Source: Coriobacteriales bacterium | Lineage (GTDB): Bacteria > Actinomycetota > Coriobacteriia > Coriobacteriales > RUG844 | Assembly: GCA_017434185.1 (NCBI GenBank) | Contig: JAFRFV010000138.1 | Location: forward strand, 1 to 56,400 | DNA: 56,400 bases | Direction: 5' to 3' | Part shown: piece by piece, positions 39,132-50,895 of the stretch | Numbering within the stretch: the stretch's first letter is position 1 | Layout: each line of letters begins with the position of its first letter | Program-made: the position numbers and the translations under genes | Notes under the pieces: model-generated | Database searches by the model: none | Told to the model about the DNA's origin: nothing | The model's input: the letters and a program-made list of their open reading frames with translations, nothing else

Positions 39132-40037
39132 TCACTCGGACCACCTGACCGTCTTCTTGACGAAGAGGGTCACCAGCCAATCCAATACGGTCACCACGAT
39201 GCCCACCAAGATGATACCCGCAACCACGTTGGTGTAGTTGGCATAGTTGGTGTAGTTGATGATGAAATAGCCCAAGCCGCTGGTGGCACCGTACATCTCC
39301 GACATGACCATGATGAGCATGGCGGAAGGCAGTTGCAGCTTGAGACCCTTCGCGATGGAAGGGTAGAGATACGGCAGGAGCACCTTGAATATCATGGTCC
39401 CCGTGCCCACACCCAGCATCTTGGCGGTGTCCACGATGCGCTTATCCATCGCCTCTATGCGAAGGATGGTGTTGAGCATGGTCGACCAGAAGATGCCCAG
39501 GAAGATGACCATCGCCGCCGCCATCCTGAAGCTGGGCAGCAGGAAGATGAGATAGGGCGTGAAGACGATGGCGGGCACGGGAGCAAGCACGCGCGCGATG
39601 GGATAGACGGTCTCGCGCACGCGTGGCAGCCAACCCACGATCAGACCCAGCAGGTTGCCCACGACGATGGCCGTGAGGAAGCCTTCCGCGAAGAGCGTCA
39701 GCGACGACTTGATGTTGCGCATCAGCTCCGGTGTCTTGTTGGAGAAGACGGCGAAGACGTTCTCGGGCAGGGGGATGAGCACCGGATGGGTGAGACCCAG
39801 GTCCGTGGAGACCAGCTCCCAGACGATCAGCAGCACCCACACGATGATGACGATATAGCAGCTCGAGGGCTTGCGCTTGCTCTTGGGTAGGTAGTGCCAC
39901 AGGAACAGCGCCTCGATAATCACGGTCGCGACGATGAAGGGCACGTTCGTGGGGGTGTCCATCCTGCCGGGAATCAGGATGATGGTGATAAGCGCCACGA
40001 AGAGCACGTTGGCCAGGATGAAGCTGGGGCGTTTCAT
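39132..40037 (-). CDS. NitT/TauT-type ABC permease
   Basis: Multi-TM; VDTAKMLG EAA-like loop, SEMYGATSGLGYFI. Confidence 0.88.
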   Translation of the reverse strand: MKRPSFILANVLFVALITIILIPGRMDTPTNVPFIVATVIIEALFLWHYLPKSKRKPSSCYIVIIVWVLLIVWELVSTDLGLTHPVLIPLPENVFAVFSNKTPELMRNIKSSLTLFAEGFLTAIVVGNLLGLIVGWLPRVRETVYPIARVLAPVPAIVFTPYLIFLLPSFRMAAAMVIFLGIFWSTMLNTILRIEAMDKRIVDTAKMLGVGTGTMIFKVLLPYLYPSIAKGLKLQLPSAMLIMVMSEMYGATSGLGYFIINYTNYANYTNVVAGIILVGIVVTVLDWLVTLFVKKTVRWSE

Positions 40038-40831
40038 TCCTCATCCCCCTTCCCGCGCGGCGCCTTCTCGAAGAGTTCGAGTACCTCGCGTTTGATGGCC
40101 TTGATCCCGGGTTGTTCCAAGCGATCCTCGCCCGTCTGGCCGGGCTGACGCGCGGGGAGGATGAAATCCTTAACCACGTGTTTGGGTTCCATGAACACGA
40201 TGCGGTCGGCAAGGATGAGCGCCTCGTCCACGTCATGCGTCACGAAGATGGCCGTCTTGCAGCACTTGGAGGCGTCGTCATCCCAAAGCTCCAGGAGCAT
40301 GTCCTGGAGCTTCTTGCGGATGGAGGGATCGAGTGCGCCGAAGGGCTCGTCCAAGAGCATGATGGGGGCATTCACGGCCAGTGCGCGGGCTATGGCCACG
40401 CGCTGCCGCATGCCGCCGGAGAGCTGGAACGGGTAGCGATCCGCTCCTTCGCTCATGCCAACGCGTTCCAGCAGGCCCAATGCTTGCTCGCAGGCCGTCT
40501 CCTTCGTCATGCCCGGGTGGGTCTGGCGCAGGGCGAAGACCACGTTCTTGAGGGCTTTCTGCCAGGGGAAGAGCGAGTAGTTCTGGAACACGATGGAGCG
40601 GTCGGGACCGGGGCCGGCCACCTCTGCGCCATCCACCAGCACGCGGCCGGCGCTGGGCTTGGCGAGGCCGGCGATCAGGCTGAGCATGGTCGACTTGCCG
40701 CAACCACTGCGACCCAGCAGGCAGACGAACTCACCGGAGTCCACTCGCAGGTTGATGTCCTCGAGTGCCTGGAAGGCCCCGTTGATGTCGATGTAGCTGT
40801 AATCGACGTGTTCGAAAACCACCGCGGGCAT
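40034..40831 (-). CDS. NitT/TauT-type ABC ATPase
   Basis: GRSGCGKST, FQNYSLFPW, LSGGMRQR, LDEPFGALD, VTHDVDEA. Confidence 0.93.
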   Translation of the reverse strand: MPAVVFEHVDYSYIDINGAFQALEDINLRVDSGEFVCLLGRSGCGKSTMLSLIAGLAKPSAGRVLVDGAEVAGPGPDRSIVFQNYSLFPWQKALKNVVFALRQTHPGMTKETACEQALGLLERVGMSEGADRYPFQLSGGMRQRVAIARALAVNAPIMLLDEPFGALDPSIRKKLQDMLLELWDDDASKCCKTAIFVTHDVDEALILADRIVFMEPKHVVKDFILPARQPGQTGEDRLEQPGIKAIKREVLELFEKAPRGKGDEE

Positions 40832-40843
40832 GTGCTTATCCCC

Positions 40844-42037
40844 TTAGATGCCCATGGTGTTGTGGGTGCGATAGACCTCCAGGAGCTGGTTGTAGATGTC
40901 CAGGTTCTCGCCGCAGGCGACAAGCTCGTCCAAGGCGGTCTTGTAGATGCTGGAGTCCAGATGCGCTTTGATGAGCTCCTTGTCGGGGTTCTCGATGTCG
41001 CCGTTGTCGACCATGTCGGCATAGAACGCCGCGACCGCGTCCGTGTAGGGATCCATCTCGAAGACCATGGCTGCGCGGTAATCGCCCTTGCCATAGGTGA
41101 TGCTCTCGACGTAGTCCCTGTCCTGACCGGAGTATTCGCAGATGAGGCTGATGGTGCCCTCGTGATCCTTCTGGATGTCTGCATAGGCGCGCAGGTTGGC
41201 GATCTCGAACTTGATGAGGGCGGAGCGCTTGTTCACGAACGCGTCGCGGTTCGTGCTCTGGCGGCAGCAGGGGAATTCATGGCCGATGAGCTCGTTGGGA
41301 TGGAAGGCAACCGCCATCTTGCCGGTCTTGAGGGCGTTCACACCATAGCCGCTGTTCACGAAGCACATGTCGATCTCGCCCTTCTCCACCGCGGCGACTT
41401 CCGCAGCGGCGCTCTCGAGCAGGACGAACTCGACGTCGTTGCCTTCGGAGAGGGGACCGATCTTGAGGCCCTGCTTGCGCAGCCAGCTCTTGGTCACCAT
41501 GTGGCCGGTCTCCATACGGAAGCAGCCGATGCGCTTGCCCTTGAAGTCGGAGGCCTTCTTGTAGCGGTCCTTGTTCTCGATGAGGGTGATGCACTCCGAA
41601 CCGTTGGCGACGGTGCCACCGAAAATGACCAGGTCATCGCCCTGGCCGATATAGGTGCAGGTGGGGATCGAGCCGAACGGCAGCACATCCGCCGTGCCCT
41701 TGGAGAGCGCGGGCATGGCCTCGGGGAATCCGCCGGAGACCACCTGGATGCCCATCTGGAGACCCTCCTGCTCGAAGTAACCCTTCTTCAGCGCGATGAT
41801 GTTGCACGCGATCTTGGAATCCTTGCCCAGGAGCACGATGTTGAGGGGCTCGACCCCGGGGTTGACCACGGGTTTGGTCTCGCCGACATCACTCGCGGGC
41901 GTGCTGTTGTCCGCAGGTGTGCTGTTGTTGCCTGTGGGCGCGCTGTTCCCGCCACAACCGATCAAGGGCGTGAGGGAGATCACCACGAAACCAGCACCGG
42001 CCAGCTCGAGGAACCTGCGACGACTCATCATCTCCAT
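40844..42037 (-). CDS. SsuA/THI5-like substrate-binding Tat lipoprotein
   Basis: SRRRFL Tat motif, LIGC lipobox, KGYFEQEGL, FPCCRQ. Confidence 0.88.
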   Translation of the reverse strand: MEMMSRRRFLELAGAGFVVISLTPLIGCGGNSAPTGNNSTPADNSTPASDVGETKPVVNPGVEPLNIVLLGKDSKIACNIIALKKGYFEQEGLQMGIQVVSGGFPEAMPALSKGTADVLPFGSIPTCTYIGQGDDLVIFGGTVANGSECITLIENKDRYKKASDFKGKRIGCFRMETGHMVTKSWLRKQGLKIGPLSEGNDVEFVLLESAAAEVAAVEKGEIDMCFVNSGYGVNALKTGKMAVAFHPNELIGHEFPCCRQSTNRDAFVNKRSALIKFEIANLRAYADIQKDHEGTISLICEYSGQDRDYVESITYGKGDYRAAMVFEMDPYTDAVAAFYADMVDNGDIENPDKELIKAHLDSSIYKTALDELVACGENLDIYNQLLEVYRTHNTMGI

Positions 42038-42189
42038 GGGATACCTCCATCTCGAATTGGGCATCGAACCATTGCCCGGCGTGCGGGATGGTCGATGCGA
42101 TTCATCCTCATGGTGAGAGTCTAGAGGGGCTCAGTTGAACTTGGAATCCTTATTCATCCCCTATAAAATACCTACGAAATACGCATTTC

Positions 42190-43542
42190 CTAGTCAGCCG
42201 CGGAGGGAGTGGCGATGGCTGCGGCGCCGTTCTTATCACCCTTGTCGGGCACCAGGAAGATGAACACCAGGTTCGAGATGAGCAGCGCGAACGGGTAGAA
42301 GAGCAGCGGCATGATCTGGAACGCGCTCACGGAGCCGCCCAGGGTGGCCACGGCGCTGATGGCGACCAGCATCTGTGCACCGTAGGGGATCACGCCCTGG
42401 AAGACGCAGCTGAAGGTGTCCAGGATGCTGGCGGTCTTGCGCTTGGAGATGCCGTAGCTCTGCGCCATGTCGGCGGCGATGGGGTTGGACATCACGATGG
42501 CCACGGTGTTGTTGGCGGTGGCGATATCCATGGCGCCAACCAGCAGACCCATGCCCAGCTGACCGGCCTTCCTGCCCTTGAACACGCTGCGAATCCAATA
42601 CAGCAGCGCGTCGAAACCGCCGTACTCGCGGATGAGTGCGCAGATGGCGCTCACCAACAGCGCCACCATGGTGGTCTCGAACATGCCCGCGGCACCGCTG
42701 CCCATGTTGGCGAGCAGGTCGGTGGCGGCGGTGGCTCCGGTCGCAAGCATGATGATGGCACCGCTCAGGATGCCAACCAGCAGGACGACGAACACGTTGA
42801 AGCCCACGATGCCGCCTACCAGCACCAGCAGGTACGGGATCAACTGGATGAGGTCGTACTCGTGCTTGACTTCGCCGGTGATGTTGGCGCTGAAGGACAT
42901 GACCAGGATGATCGCGAGCGCCACGAGCGCGGCGGGCAGCGCGATCTTGAAGTTCTCGCGGAACTTGTCCTTCATCTCGCATCCCTGGCCTTGGCAGGCT
43001 GCGATCGTCGTATCGCTGATGAAGCTCAGGTTGTCACCGAACATCGCGCCACCCATGACGCTCGCCACGCACAGCGGCAGGCTGAAGCCGCTCGCGTTGG
43101 CCACCGCGACGGCGATGGGCGTGATGAGCGTGATGGTGCCAACGCTGGTGCCCATAGCCAGACTCACGAAGCACGCGACCACGAACAGCACGGCCACGGC
43201 GTACTTGACGGGAATGAGCGCGAGCAGGAAATATGCGCAGCTGTCGGCGCTGTTGCGACCCACGGTGCCCACGAAGATGCCGGCCGCCATGAAGATGAGC
43301 ACCATCGTGACGATGGTCTTCTCGCCCATGCCCTTGCCCATGAGTTCGAGTTTGCGGTCGAAGTTGAGCTCGCGGTTCTGGAAGCACGCCACCATGAGCG
43401 CCACCAGGAAGATCACAACGATGGGGATGCTGTAGAAGCCCATGGGGATCTTGAGCACGTACTCGAACAGGATTCCCAAGCCCAGATACAGGACCAGGAA
43501 GACCAGGATGGGGATGAGCGCCTTGGGGTTGCCCTTCTTCAT
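42190..43542 (-). CDS. NhaC-family transporter (possibly methionine uptake)
   Basis: SLAMGTSVGT, GAMFGDNLSFISDTT, TANNTVAI, IPYGAQML. Confidence 0.88.
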   Translation of the reverse strand: MKKGNPKALIPILVFLVLYLGLGILFEYVLKIPMGFYSIPIVVIFLVALMVACFQNRELNFDRKLELMGKGMGEKTIVTMVLIFMAAGIFVGTVGRNSADSCAYFLLALIPVKYAVAVLFVVACFVSLAMGTSVGTITLITPIAVAVANASGFSLPLCVASVMGGAMFGDNLSFISDTTIAACQGQGCEMKDKFRENFKIALPAALVALAIILVMSFSANITGEVKHEYDLIQLIPYLLVLVGGIVGFNVFVVLLVGILSGAIIMLATGATAATDLLANMGSGAAGMFETTMVALLVSAICALIREYGGFDALLYWIRSVFKGRKAGQLGMGLLVGAMDIATANNTVAIVMSNPIAADMAQSYGISKRKTASILDTFSCVFQGVIPYGAQMLVAISAVATLGGSVSAFQIMPLLFYPFALLISNLVFIFLVPDKGDKNGAAAIATPSAAD

Positions 43543-43633
43543 GTGGATGACTCCTTCACGAATCGAACGATGTTCGCATATGTTACCATGTTTCAAACGT
43601 TCATCCGCTACCCACGTCTTGAATGGAGAAGCC

Positions 43634-45310
<1,677 letters not shown>

Positions 45311-45343
45311 ACGCAGGGTGCGAAGCGACGCGCTTATCCCCCG

Positions 45344-46528
45344 CTACTCCGCGTCGTAGCTGGCCTTGAGCGCGGCGAATGCGGGCATCGAGCCTTCGAT
45401 GCATTCGCGGCTCACGCAGTAGCTCACGCGCACCCAACCGGTGCAGCCAAAGCTGTCGCTGGGAACCAGCAGCAGCTCGAACTTCTTGGCGCGTTCGCTG
45501 AACGCCTTGGCATCGGGTTCGAGCGCCTTCACCCACAGGTAGAACGCACCCTGCGGCTCGACGAACTCGTAGCCCAGTTCGCGCAGGCCGCTGGTGAGCA
45601 GTTCGCGGTTGATGCGGTACGCTTCGACGTCGGCGGGCAGCTCGAGGCAGGCCTGCAACACGTACTGGAACAGCGCGGGCGCGCAGAAGTAGCCCAGCGC
45701 ACGACCGGCTCCGGCAACGGCGATCGCCGTCTCGCGCGCATTGTCCATCAGGTCGCTCACGTAGATGTAGCCGATGCGCTCGCCCGGCAGGCTCAGACAC
45801 TTGCTGAAGCTGTAGCACACGATGGTACGCGGATAGATGCAGGGGATATAGGGAACATCGGCACCGTAGGTGAGCAGACGATACGGCTCATCAGCGATGA
45901 TGTAGATGGCGCGACCCAGCTCGGCCTCCTTGCGCGTGAGCATGGCGGCCAACTCCTGCAGGTTCTCGCGGGTGTAGACGCTACCCACGGGGTTGTTGGG
46001 GCTGTTGATGATGATAGCGCTGGTGTGTTCGTTGATGGCGGCCTCGATGGCGGGCACGTCGAGCGCGAAGCTGGGCTGCAGGCAGGGCACCTCGACCAGC
46101 TGGCAGCCGATCTGCTCGGTCCAGATGCGGTACTCGGGGAAGAACGGCGAGGGTACGATCACCTGGTCGCCGGCGTTGCAGATGGCGGCAAGGCTGATGG
46201 CGATACCAGCGGCGGCACCGGCGGTCAGATAGAGCTGGCCGGGCGTGGCGGGCACACCGTACTCGCGCTTGATGAAGTCGGCGATGGTCTGACGCACCTG
46301 CGGCGCACCGGACGCGGGCGTGTAGCCGTGCAGCACGACGGGGTCCATGTCCATGAGCTTGAGGATGGTCTCGCGCACGGCCTCGGGCGCGGGGACACTG
46401 GGATTGCCGATGCTGAAGTCGAAGACCTTGTCCGCACCGATCATGGCCTTGCGCTCCATACCGTAGGCGAACAGCTCACGGATGGCGCTGGGAGCGGCAC
46501 CGAGGTCATACATACGCTGGTTGATCAT
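45344..46528 (-). CDS. Class I/II PLP-dependent aminotransferase
   Basis: FSIGNP, INSPNNPVG, DEPY, SFSKCLSLPGERIGY. Confidence 0.92.
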   Translation of the reverse strand: MINQRMYDLGAAPSAIRELFAYGMERKAMIGADKVFDFSIGNPSVPAPEAVRETILKLMDMDPVVLHGYTPASGAPQVRQTIADFIKREYGVPATPGQLYLTAGAAAGIAISLAAICNAGDQVIVPSPFFPEYRIWTEQIGCQLVEVPCLQPSFALDVPAIEAAINEHTSAIIINSPNNPVGSVYTRENLQELAAMLTRKEAELGRAIYIIADEPYRLLTYGADVPYIPCIYPRTIVCYSFSKCLSLPGERIGYIYVSDLMDNARETAIAVAGAGRALGYFCAPALFQYVLQACLELPADVEAYRINRELLTSGLRELGYEFVEPQGAFYLWVKALEPDAKAFSERAKKFELLLVPSDSFGCTGWVRVSYCVSRECIEGSMPAFAALKASYDAE

Positions 46529-46644
46529 GGGAAGCTCCTCCGTTCACGTTGTCTATTGCAATTCTGCGATTACGCGACGGTGCTCGCACAGGGCGAGCAC
46601 CGTGAAGTGGCGTATTTTGCGGATAAGCGCTTACTTGGAGCAGC

Positions 46645-47343
46645 TTACAGTTCCTTGTCCCGGTAGATCCTGCAGGAGACGACCGAACTCGCAGCATAGA
46701 TGAGAAGCGAGAGCAACACCACGGCTGCAAGGACCAGGAGAGCGTGTGAGGGCACCGCAATCCAGGAGAGCTCGAGTGCAGCCCAGTCGATCCTACCCGC
46801 GACGGAGGCGAAGATACCCACGCCAACGCAGATGACGATCACGGGTACGATACGGGTCGCCTTGGTGAAGCCGTACCGGAAGACGAAGGGCAGCATCATG
46901 GAATCCAGCAGCAGGACCACACAGATGCCCATTATGCTGGCAACGATCAGTGCTCCTATGGGAAGGCTCTGATCGAAGCGCGCGCCGATAGCGCCGGGAA
47001 GCATGCAGAAAACGGCTTGCAGCACAACGGCCAGGATGACACCCGCCACCAATGCCACCAGGCACAGGATCAGGATGGACAGATAGCGGCCACGGACGAT
47101 GTCGTCACGCCCCAAGGGGAATGCAGCCCTGAAGCGTGCCCAACCGTTGAGCTCGTCGAAGGCGCACAGGTTGAAGGAGAGCATCATCGCGGCGAGAACC
47201 GTCAGCATGGGGGCGACGGCAACGGCGCTGCCCATGCACACGGCAACGATCAAGCCGCAGATGCCGTACAGCAGCAGCATCTGCCTGAGGATGCCGCGGA
47301 TGGTGATCAGATCCAGTTCGGCCATGCTCATGACACCCTTCAT
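46645..47343 (-). CDS. ABC-2 transporter permease
   Basis: About 6 TM helices; start overlaps the ATPase stop; GGAGG RBS. Confidence 0.82.
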   Translation of the reverse strand: MKGVMSMAELDLITIRGILRQMLLLYGICGLIVAVCMGSAVAVAPMLTVLAAMMLSFNLCAFDELNGWARFRAAFPLGRDDIVRGRYLSILILCLVALVAGVILAVVLQAVFCMLPGAIGARFDQSLPIGALIVASIMGICVVLLLDSMMLPFVFRYGFTKATRIVPVIVICVGVGIFASVAGRIDWAALELSWIAVPSHALLVLAAVVLLSLLIYAASSVVSCRIYRDKEL

Positions 47344-48233
47344 CGCTGGCCTCCCCTCAGTACGAATTGCATGTATTCCTCGATGTTGATGCGTTCAACA
47401 TCCACCTGTGGCATCGCAGCCACGAATGTGAAACGATCGGGCAGGAGCACATCGGTGGAGTATTCACGATGCAACAGGAGCGGCTGCCCCTCCCCCGCCT
47501 GCACGAAGAAGGCGAGCACGTCGGACAGCTGGTCCGCACGGCAGTGGGCCACACCCATGCGATCGGTCACCTGGTCCTTATCCACATTGAAGACGATGCG
47601 CCCTTGGTCGATGCCTACCACGATGTCGGCGATCTTGTCCAGGTCGCTGGTGATGTGGCTCGACATGAGGATCGCACGATCATCCGACATGTTGGCTTTG
47701 AGCAGGTCGAGCACCTCGTCGCGTGCCAGTGGGTCGAGGCCAGCGGTCGCCTCATCGAGAATGAGCAGCTGGGGCTCGTGTGCGAGGGCGGCGCAGATCT
47801 GCAGCTTCATGCTCATACCGCGCGAAAGCTCCTTGGTCAGCTTGCCGCCAACGAGACCGGAGAATTCCAGCAACTCGCGGTAGCGCTCCTCATTCCAGTT
47901 GGGGTAGGCAGCGGCCATCATGCGTCCCACCGAGAACAGGCTCTGCTCGGTCATGAAGGGGCAGGTGTCGAACACCACGCCCACGCGTCCCTTCAAGCGG
48001 GCAGCCTGCTCGCTGCTCGCATGGTTGTCGAAGCGCTCGCCGAAAAGCTCCACCGTACCCGCGGCGAGTGGGGTCAGGCCCAGGATGGCACGGATGAGCG
48101 TGGTCTTGCCAGCGCCGTTCGCGCCCACGAGCCCCACCACGCAACCGGCGGGGATGTCCAAGTCGACATCACGCAGGGCGTATTCCTGTCCAAAGCGTTT
48201 GCTCAAGCCCTTTATGGAAACCAGATTCTCCAT
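47340..48233 (-). CDS. ABC transporter ATPase
   Basis: GANGAGKTT, LSRGM, LDEATAGLDP, SSHITSD. Confidence 0.92.
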   Translation of the reverse strand: MENLVSIKGLSKRFGQEYALRDVDLDIPAGCVVGLVGANGAGKTTLIRAILGLTPLAAGTVELFGERFDNHASSEQAARLKGRVGVVFDTCPFMTEQSLFSVGRMMAAAYPNWNEERYRELLEFSGLVGGKLTKELSRGMSMKLQICAALAHEPQLLILDEATAGLDPLARDEVLDLLKANMSDDRAILMSSHITSDLDKIADIVVGIDQGRIVFNVDKDQVTDRMGVAHCRADQLSDVLAFFVQAGEGQPLLLHREYSTDVLLPDRFTFVAAMPQVDVERINIEEYMQFVLRGGQR

Positions 48234-48242
48234 GGTCGTCTC

Positions 48243-48626
48243 CTAGTTGGCATCCTTCTCGCTGGCCAGCAGGTCCAGCATCTCGTGCAGCTCAGGCAGG
48301 GTGAGCCCCAGCGGCGCGGCTTCGGTGAGCGCGCGGTCGAGCAGCTCCTCCACCCGCCGCATGCGGTCCTCGCGGAGCAGGGTTCGGTTGCCCTGCGCCA
48401 CGAAGCTGCCCTTGCCCTGGAAGCTGTTGATGAAGCCCTGGGCTTCCAGATCCTGGTATGCCCGCTTGGTGGTGATGATGCTCACGCGCAGGTCGTTGGC
48501 CAGGGTGCGGATGGACGGCAGCGGGTCGCCCTCGCGTAGCTCGCCCGAAAGGATCGCGTCCTTGATCTGGGCGGCTATCTGGTCGTACAACGGTTTGGTG
48601 CTGGCATTCGAGATGATGATGTCCAC
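48243..48626 (-). CDS. GntR (YtrA subfamily) regulator
   Basis: PLYDQI, LPSIRTLANDL.VSIITTKRAY, GKGSFV; short C-terminus; precedes ABC genes. Confidence 0.92.
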   Translation of the reverse strand: MDIIISNASTKPLYDQIAAQIKDAILSGELREGDPLPSIRTLANDLRVSIITTKRAYQDLEAQGFINSFQGKGSFVAQGNRTLLREDRMRRVEELLDRALTEAAPLGLTLPELHEMLDLLASEKDAN

Positions 48627-48667
48627 GTTCTCGTACCTCGATCCTCATTCGCAGTCTGCGAGGCAAA

Positions 48668-48687
48668 GTATATACATAGTATATACA
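48668..48687. promoter_or_regulatory. Probable YtrA operator
   Basis: GTATATAC-ATA-GTATATACA immediately upstream of the gntR gene. Confidence 0.7.
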
Positions 48688-48707
48688 GTTTGCAAGGACT
48701 TTTTCGC

Positions 48708-48829
48708 GTGGAAAGGGGACGTGTTTCATTCCACGAACGTGTGATTGGGGACATGTTTCAAACTGAGGGAGTGCGCTAAGACCTGTCCCCAATCACACAA
48801 ATGTGGAAGGAAACACGTCCCCTTTCCAC
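48708..48829. repeat. Long compound palindrome (REP/REPIN-like)
   Basis: GTGGAAAGGGGACGTGTTTC...GTGTGATTGGGGACA and TGTCCCCAATCACAC...GAAACACGTCCCCTTTCCAC arms of about 49 bp. Confidence 0.85.
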
Positions 48830-48830
48830 A

Positions 48831-49244
48831 TCAGAGAGTGGCGAGGCGGGTGCGGATAGCGATAAGGGCTTCTTCTGGGGTGCTGGCGTCGCGCACGGTG
48901 AATTCGATGGGGCAGGGCCCGTCGCCTGCGCGATTCACGATGCCCGGCACGAGCTGATCGCAGCTGGCCTGGATGCCGTAGCGCTGCAGTGTGGCGCACG
49001 CGGGCTCGCTCATGACGTTGGCATGCACGGCGGCAACCCCCAGCAGCACGTACAGGTAGGCGGCGCCGTTGCCCACCACTTTGTCGGCGGCAACGAATCC
49101 GCGCAGGTCACGCCCCTCGTCCAGCCATGTGAGCAGCGGGCGGACACCACGCTGGTGACTCACGAGTTGCACACCGCCGTTGCGCAGAACACACGTGGCA
49201 TCGAGCGCGGCGAGTTGCTCGCGTGCGATATCGAGATCAGTCAT
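48831..49244 (-). CDS. DUF1893 family protein
   Basis: RGVRPL, ADKVVGNGAA, IVNRAGDGPCPIE. Confidence 0.82.
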   Translation of the reverse strand: MTDLDIAREQLAALDATCVLRNGGVQLVSHQRGVRPLLTWLDEGRDLRGFVAADKVVGNGAAYLYVLLGVAAVHANVMSEPACATLQRYGIQASCDQLVPGIVNRAGDGPCPIEFTVRDASTPEEALIAIRTRLATL

Positions 49245-49251
49245 GGGATCA

Positions 49252-50871
49252 TCACCAGACCTTGGGGGCATCGTCAGCGGGCGGGATGCCACCGTCGGCA
49301 GCATCATCGGGCTCCACGCCGGGCAGCCACATACGGCGTGCATATCCGTCGCGGCCGGTGGCGGTGGCGCCCCAGGGACTCTTGCCAAAGTTGCTCCAGT
49401 CATTGGGCGGCACGACGTAGGCGGCCAGGCTCTCCTGCTCGCCGTATGGCTTCAAACGGTGGTAGGCGGTGAACCAGATGCACCGCTTCTGACCGGGGTA
49501 GACCTCGCACCAGCCGTCCTTGCTGCCTCCGCACGGGCCATTGCGCTGACACTTGGGGCAATGCACCATGGGGCAGGTGTAGGCGGTGGCGTACAGGCCG
49601 CAGTCGCCGCAATCCATGCAATCGTAGAGACGCACCTTGTTGCGATGCTCGAAGCCATGGGGATGCAGACGGCCACCCTGCTCCTCCAGCTTGCGCTGAT
49701 GCTTCATGAAAGCGCTGTTGAGGCCCTTGCCGGGTACGAAGAACAGCTTGTGGAAGCGGCGGCTCATGCGGTAGTTCCCCTGGATATCACGGTCATCCGC
49801 GAACGACTCCGTGCGGGGCGCCTGCGTGGGCGCATTGAGACCGGTCTCCGTGTCCTGCTCGTAGTAGTGGAAGCAGCCTTCCTGCGGGTAGCTCATCGCG
49901 GGCAGATGCATGACCCAGTCGCGTTGGTAGTCGGCCGCCATGTCCAGGATGAGTTCCAGATTGGTGGCATCCAGATCCGGGCCGCCAAGATGCACACCGG
50001 CGCAGCCCAGACCGCGCGCGATCGCGACCATCTTGGCTGCACGCTGGAGACGGGCGAGAAGGCCCTTATCCGGCGACTGGTCGCGCTCCTCGCGGAGCGT
50101 GGCCAGGAAGGCATCGCTCACGTCGCAGCCGGGTATGGCGCCGCGGTTCATGGCAGCGCCCGCACCTGCTGAAAGGATGTAGACGTTGGCGATCAGCGGC
50201 ACATCGATGCCGGCATCGCCCATGAGCCAGAGCATCTCCTGCAACTTGCGGGCGTCATAGCCCACCTGGCTCACGATGAAGCGGGCGCCGGCGAAGACCT
50301 TCTTCTTGAGCTTGTAGAACTGGGTGAGGGTTTCGGCCTCGGTCCACTTGAAGGGCGAGACCACGGCACCGGCGAAGAAGTCCGACGCCTGGGTGCGAAC
50401 GACCTGGCCCTTTGGATTGGGATAACCCATGCCCTTGTTCATCGAGCCCACCATCTGCAGCAACGTGATGGGGTCGAGATCGTAGACCGGGCGCGGACGA
50501 CCGTTCCAACCAGTGGAGGGATAGTCGCCGGTCATGCACAGCAGGTTCTGGATACCCGTGCGCTGAGCGGCGTAGAGCTGTCCCTCCAGCTGGTTGCGGT
50601 TGCGGTCCTTGCAGGTCAGGTGAAGCAGGGGCGTGATGCCCTTATCCACCAGATCCTGACACAGGGTGTCGGCGAGCAGGGCGAGATTGCCACCCGGCGC
50701 GTCGGTGATGGAGATGGCGTGCACCTTACGGGTCGCCCACAGGCGCTGGGCGTTCTCCAGCAGGCGCTGCTGGGACGTCTCATTGGCGCCGCGTCCGGGC
50801 ACCAGTTCGCAGCTGATGCAGAACTCGCCGGACTCGATCGCCTCACGGAAGGGGTTGTGGGTACCCGCCAT
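49252..50871 (-). CDS. metF: Methylenetetrahydrofolate reductase with fused Cys-rich MetV-like C-terminal domain
   Basis: ITDAPGG, HLTCKDRNR, MTGD, GARFIVSQ; CMDCGDC...CP..CPKCQRNGPCGG....CEV.....CIW. Confidence 0.85.
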   Translation of the reverse strand: MAGTHNPFREAIESGEFCISCELVPGRGANETSQQRLLENAQRLWATRKVHAISITDAPGGNLALLADTLCQDLVDKGITPLLHLTCKDRNRNQLEGQLYAAQRTGIQNLLCMTGDYPSTGWNGRPRPVYDLDPITLLQMVGSMNKGMGYPNPKGQVVRTQASDFFAGAVVSPFKWTEAETLTQFYKLKKKVFAGARFIVSQVGYDARKLQEMLWLMGDAGIDVPLIANVYILSAGAGAAMNRGAIPGCDVSDAFLATLREERDQSPDKGLLARLQRAAKMVAIARGLGCAGVHLGGPDLDATNLELILDMAADYQRDWVMHLPAMSYPQEGCFHYYEQDTETGLNAPTQAPRTESFADDRDIQGNYRMSRRFHKLFFVPGKGLNSAFMKHQRKLEEQGGRLHPHGFEHRNKVRLYDCMDCGDCGLYATAYTCPMVHCPKCQRNGPCGGSKDGWCEVYPGQKRCIWFTAYHRLKPYGEQESLAAYVVPPNDWSNFGKSPWGATATGRDGYARRMWLPGVEPDDAADGGIPPADDAPKVW

Positions 50872-50895
50872 GGCTCCCTCCTTGCAGGTCGCGAA

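Noticed and set aside
40112-42124. 670-aa plus-strand ORF
   Set aside because: Antisense to the ABC transporter genes.
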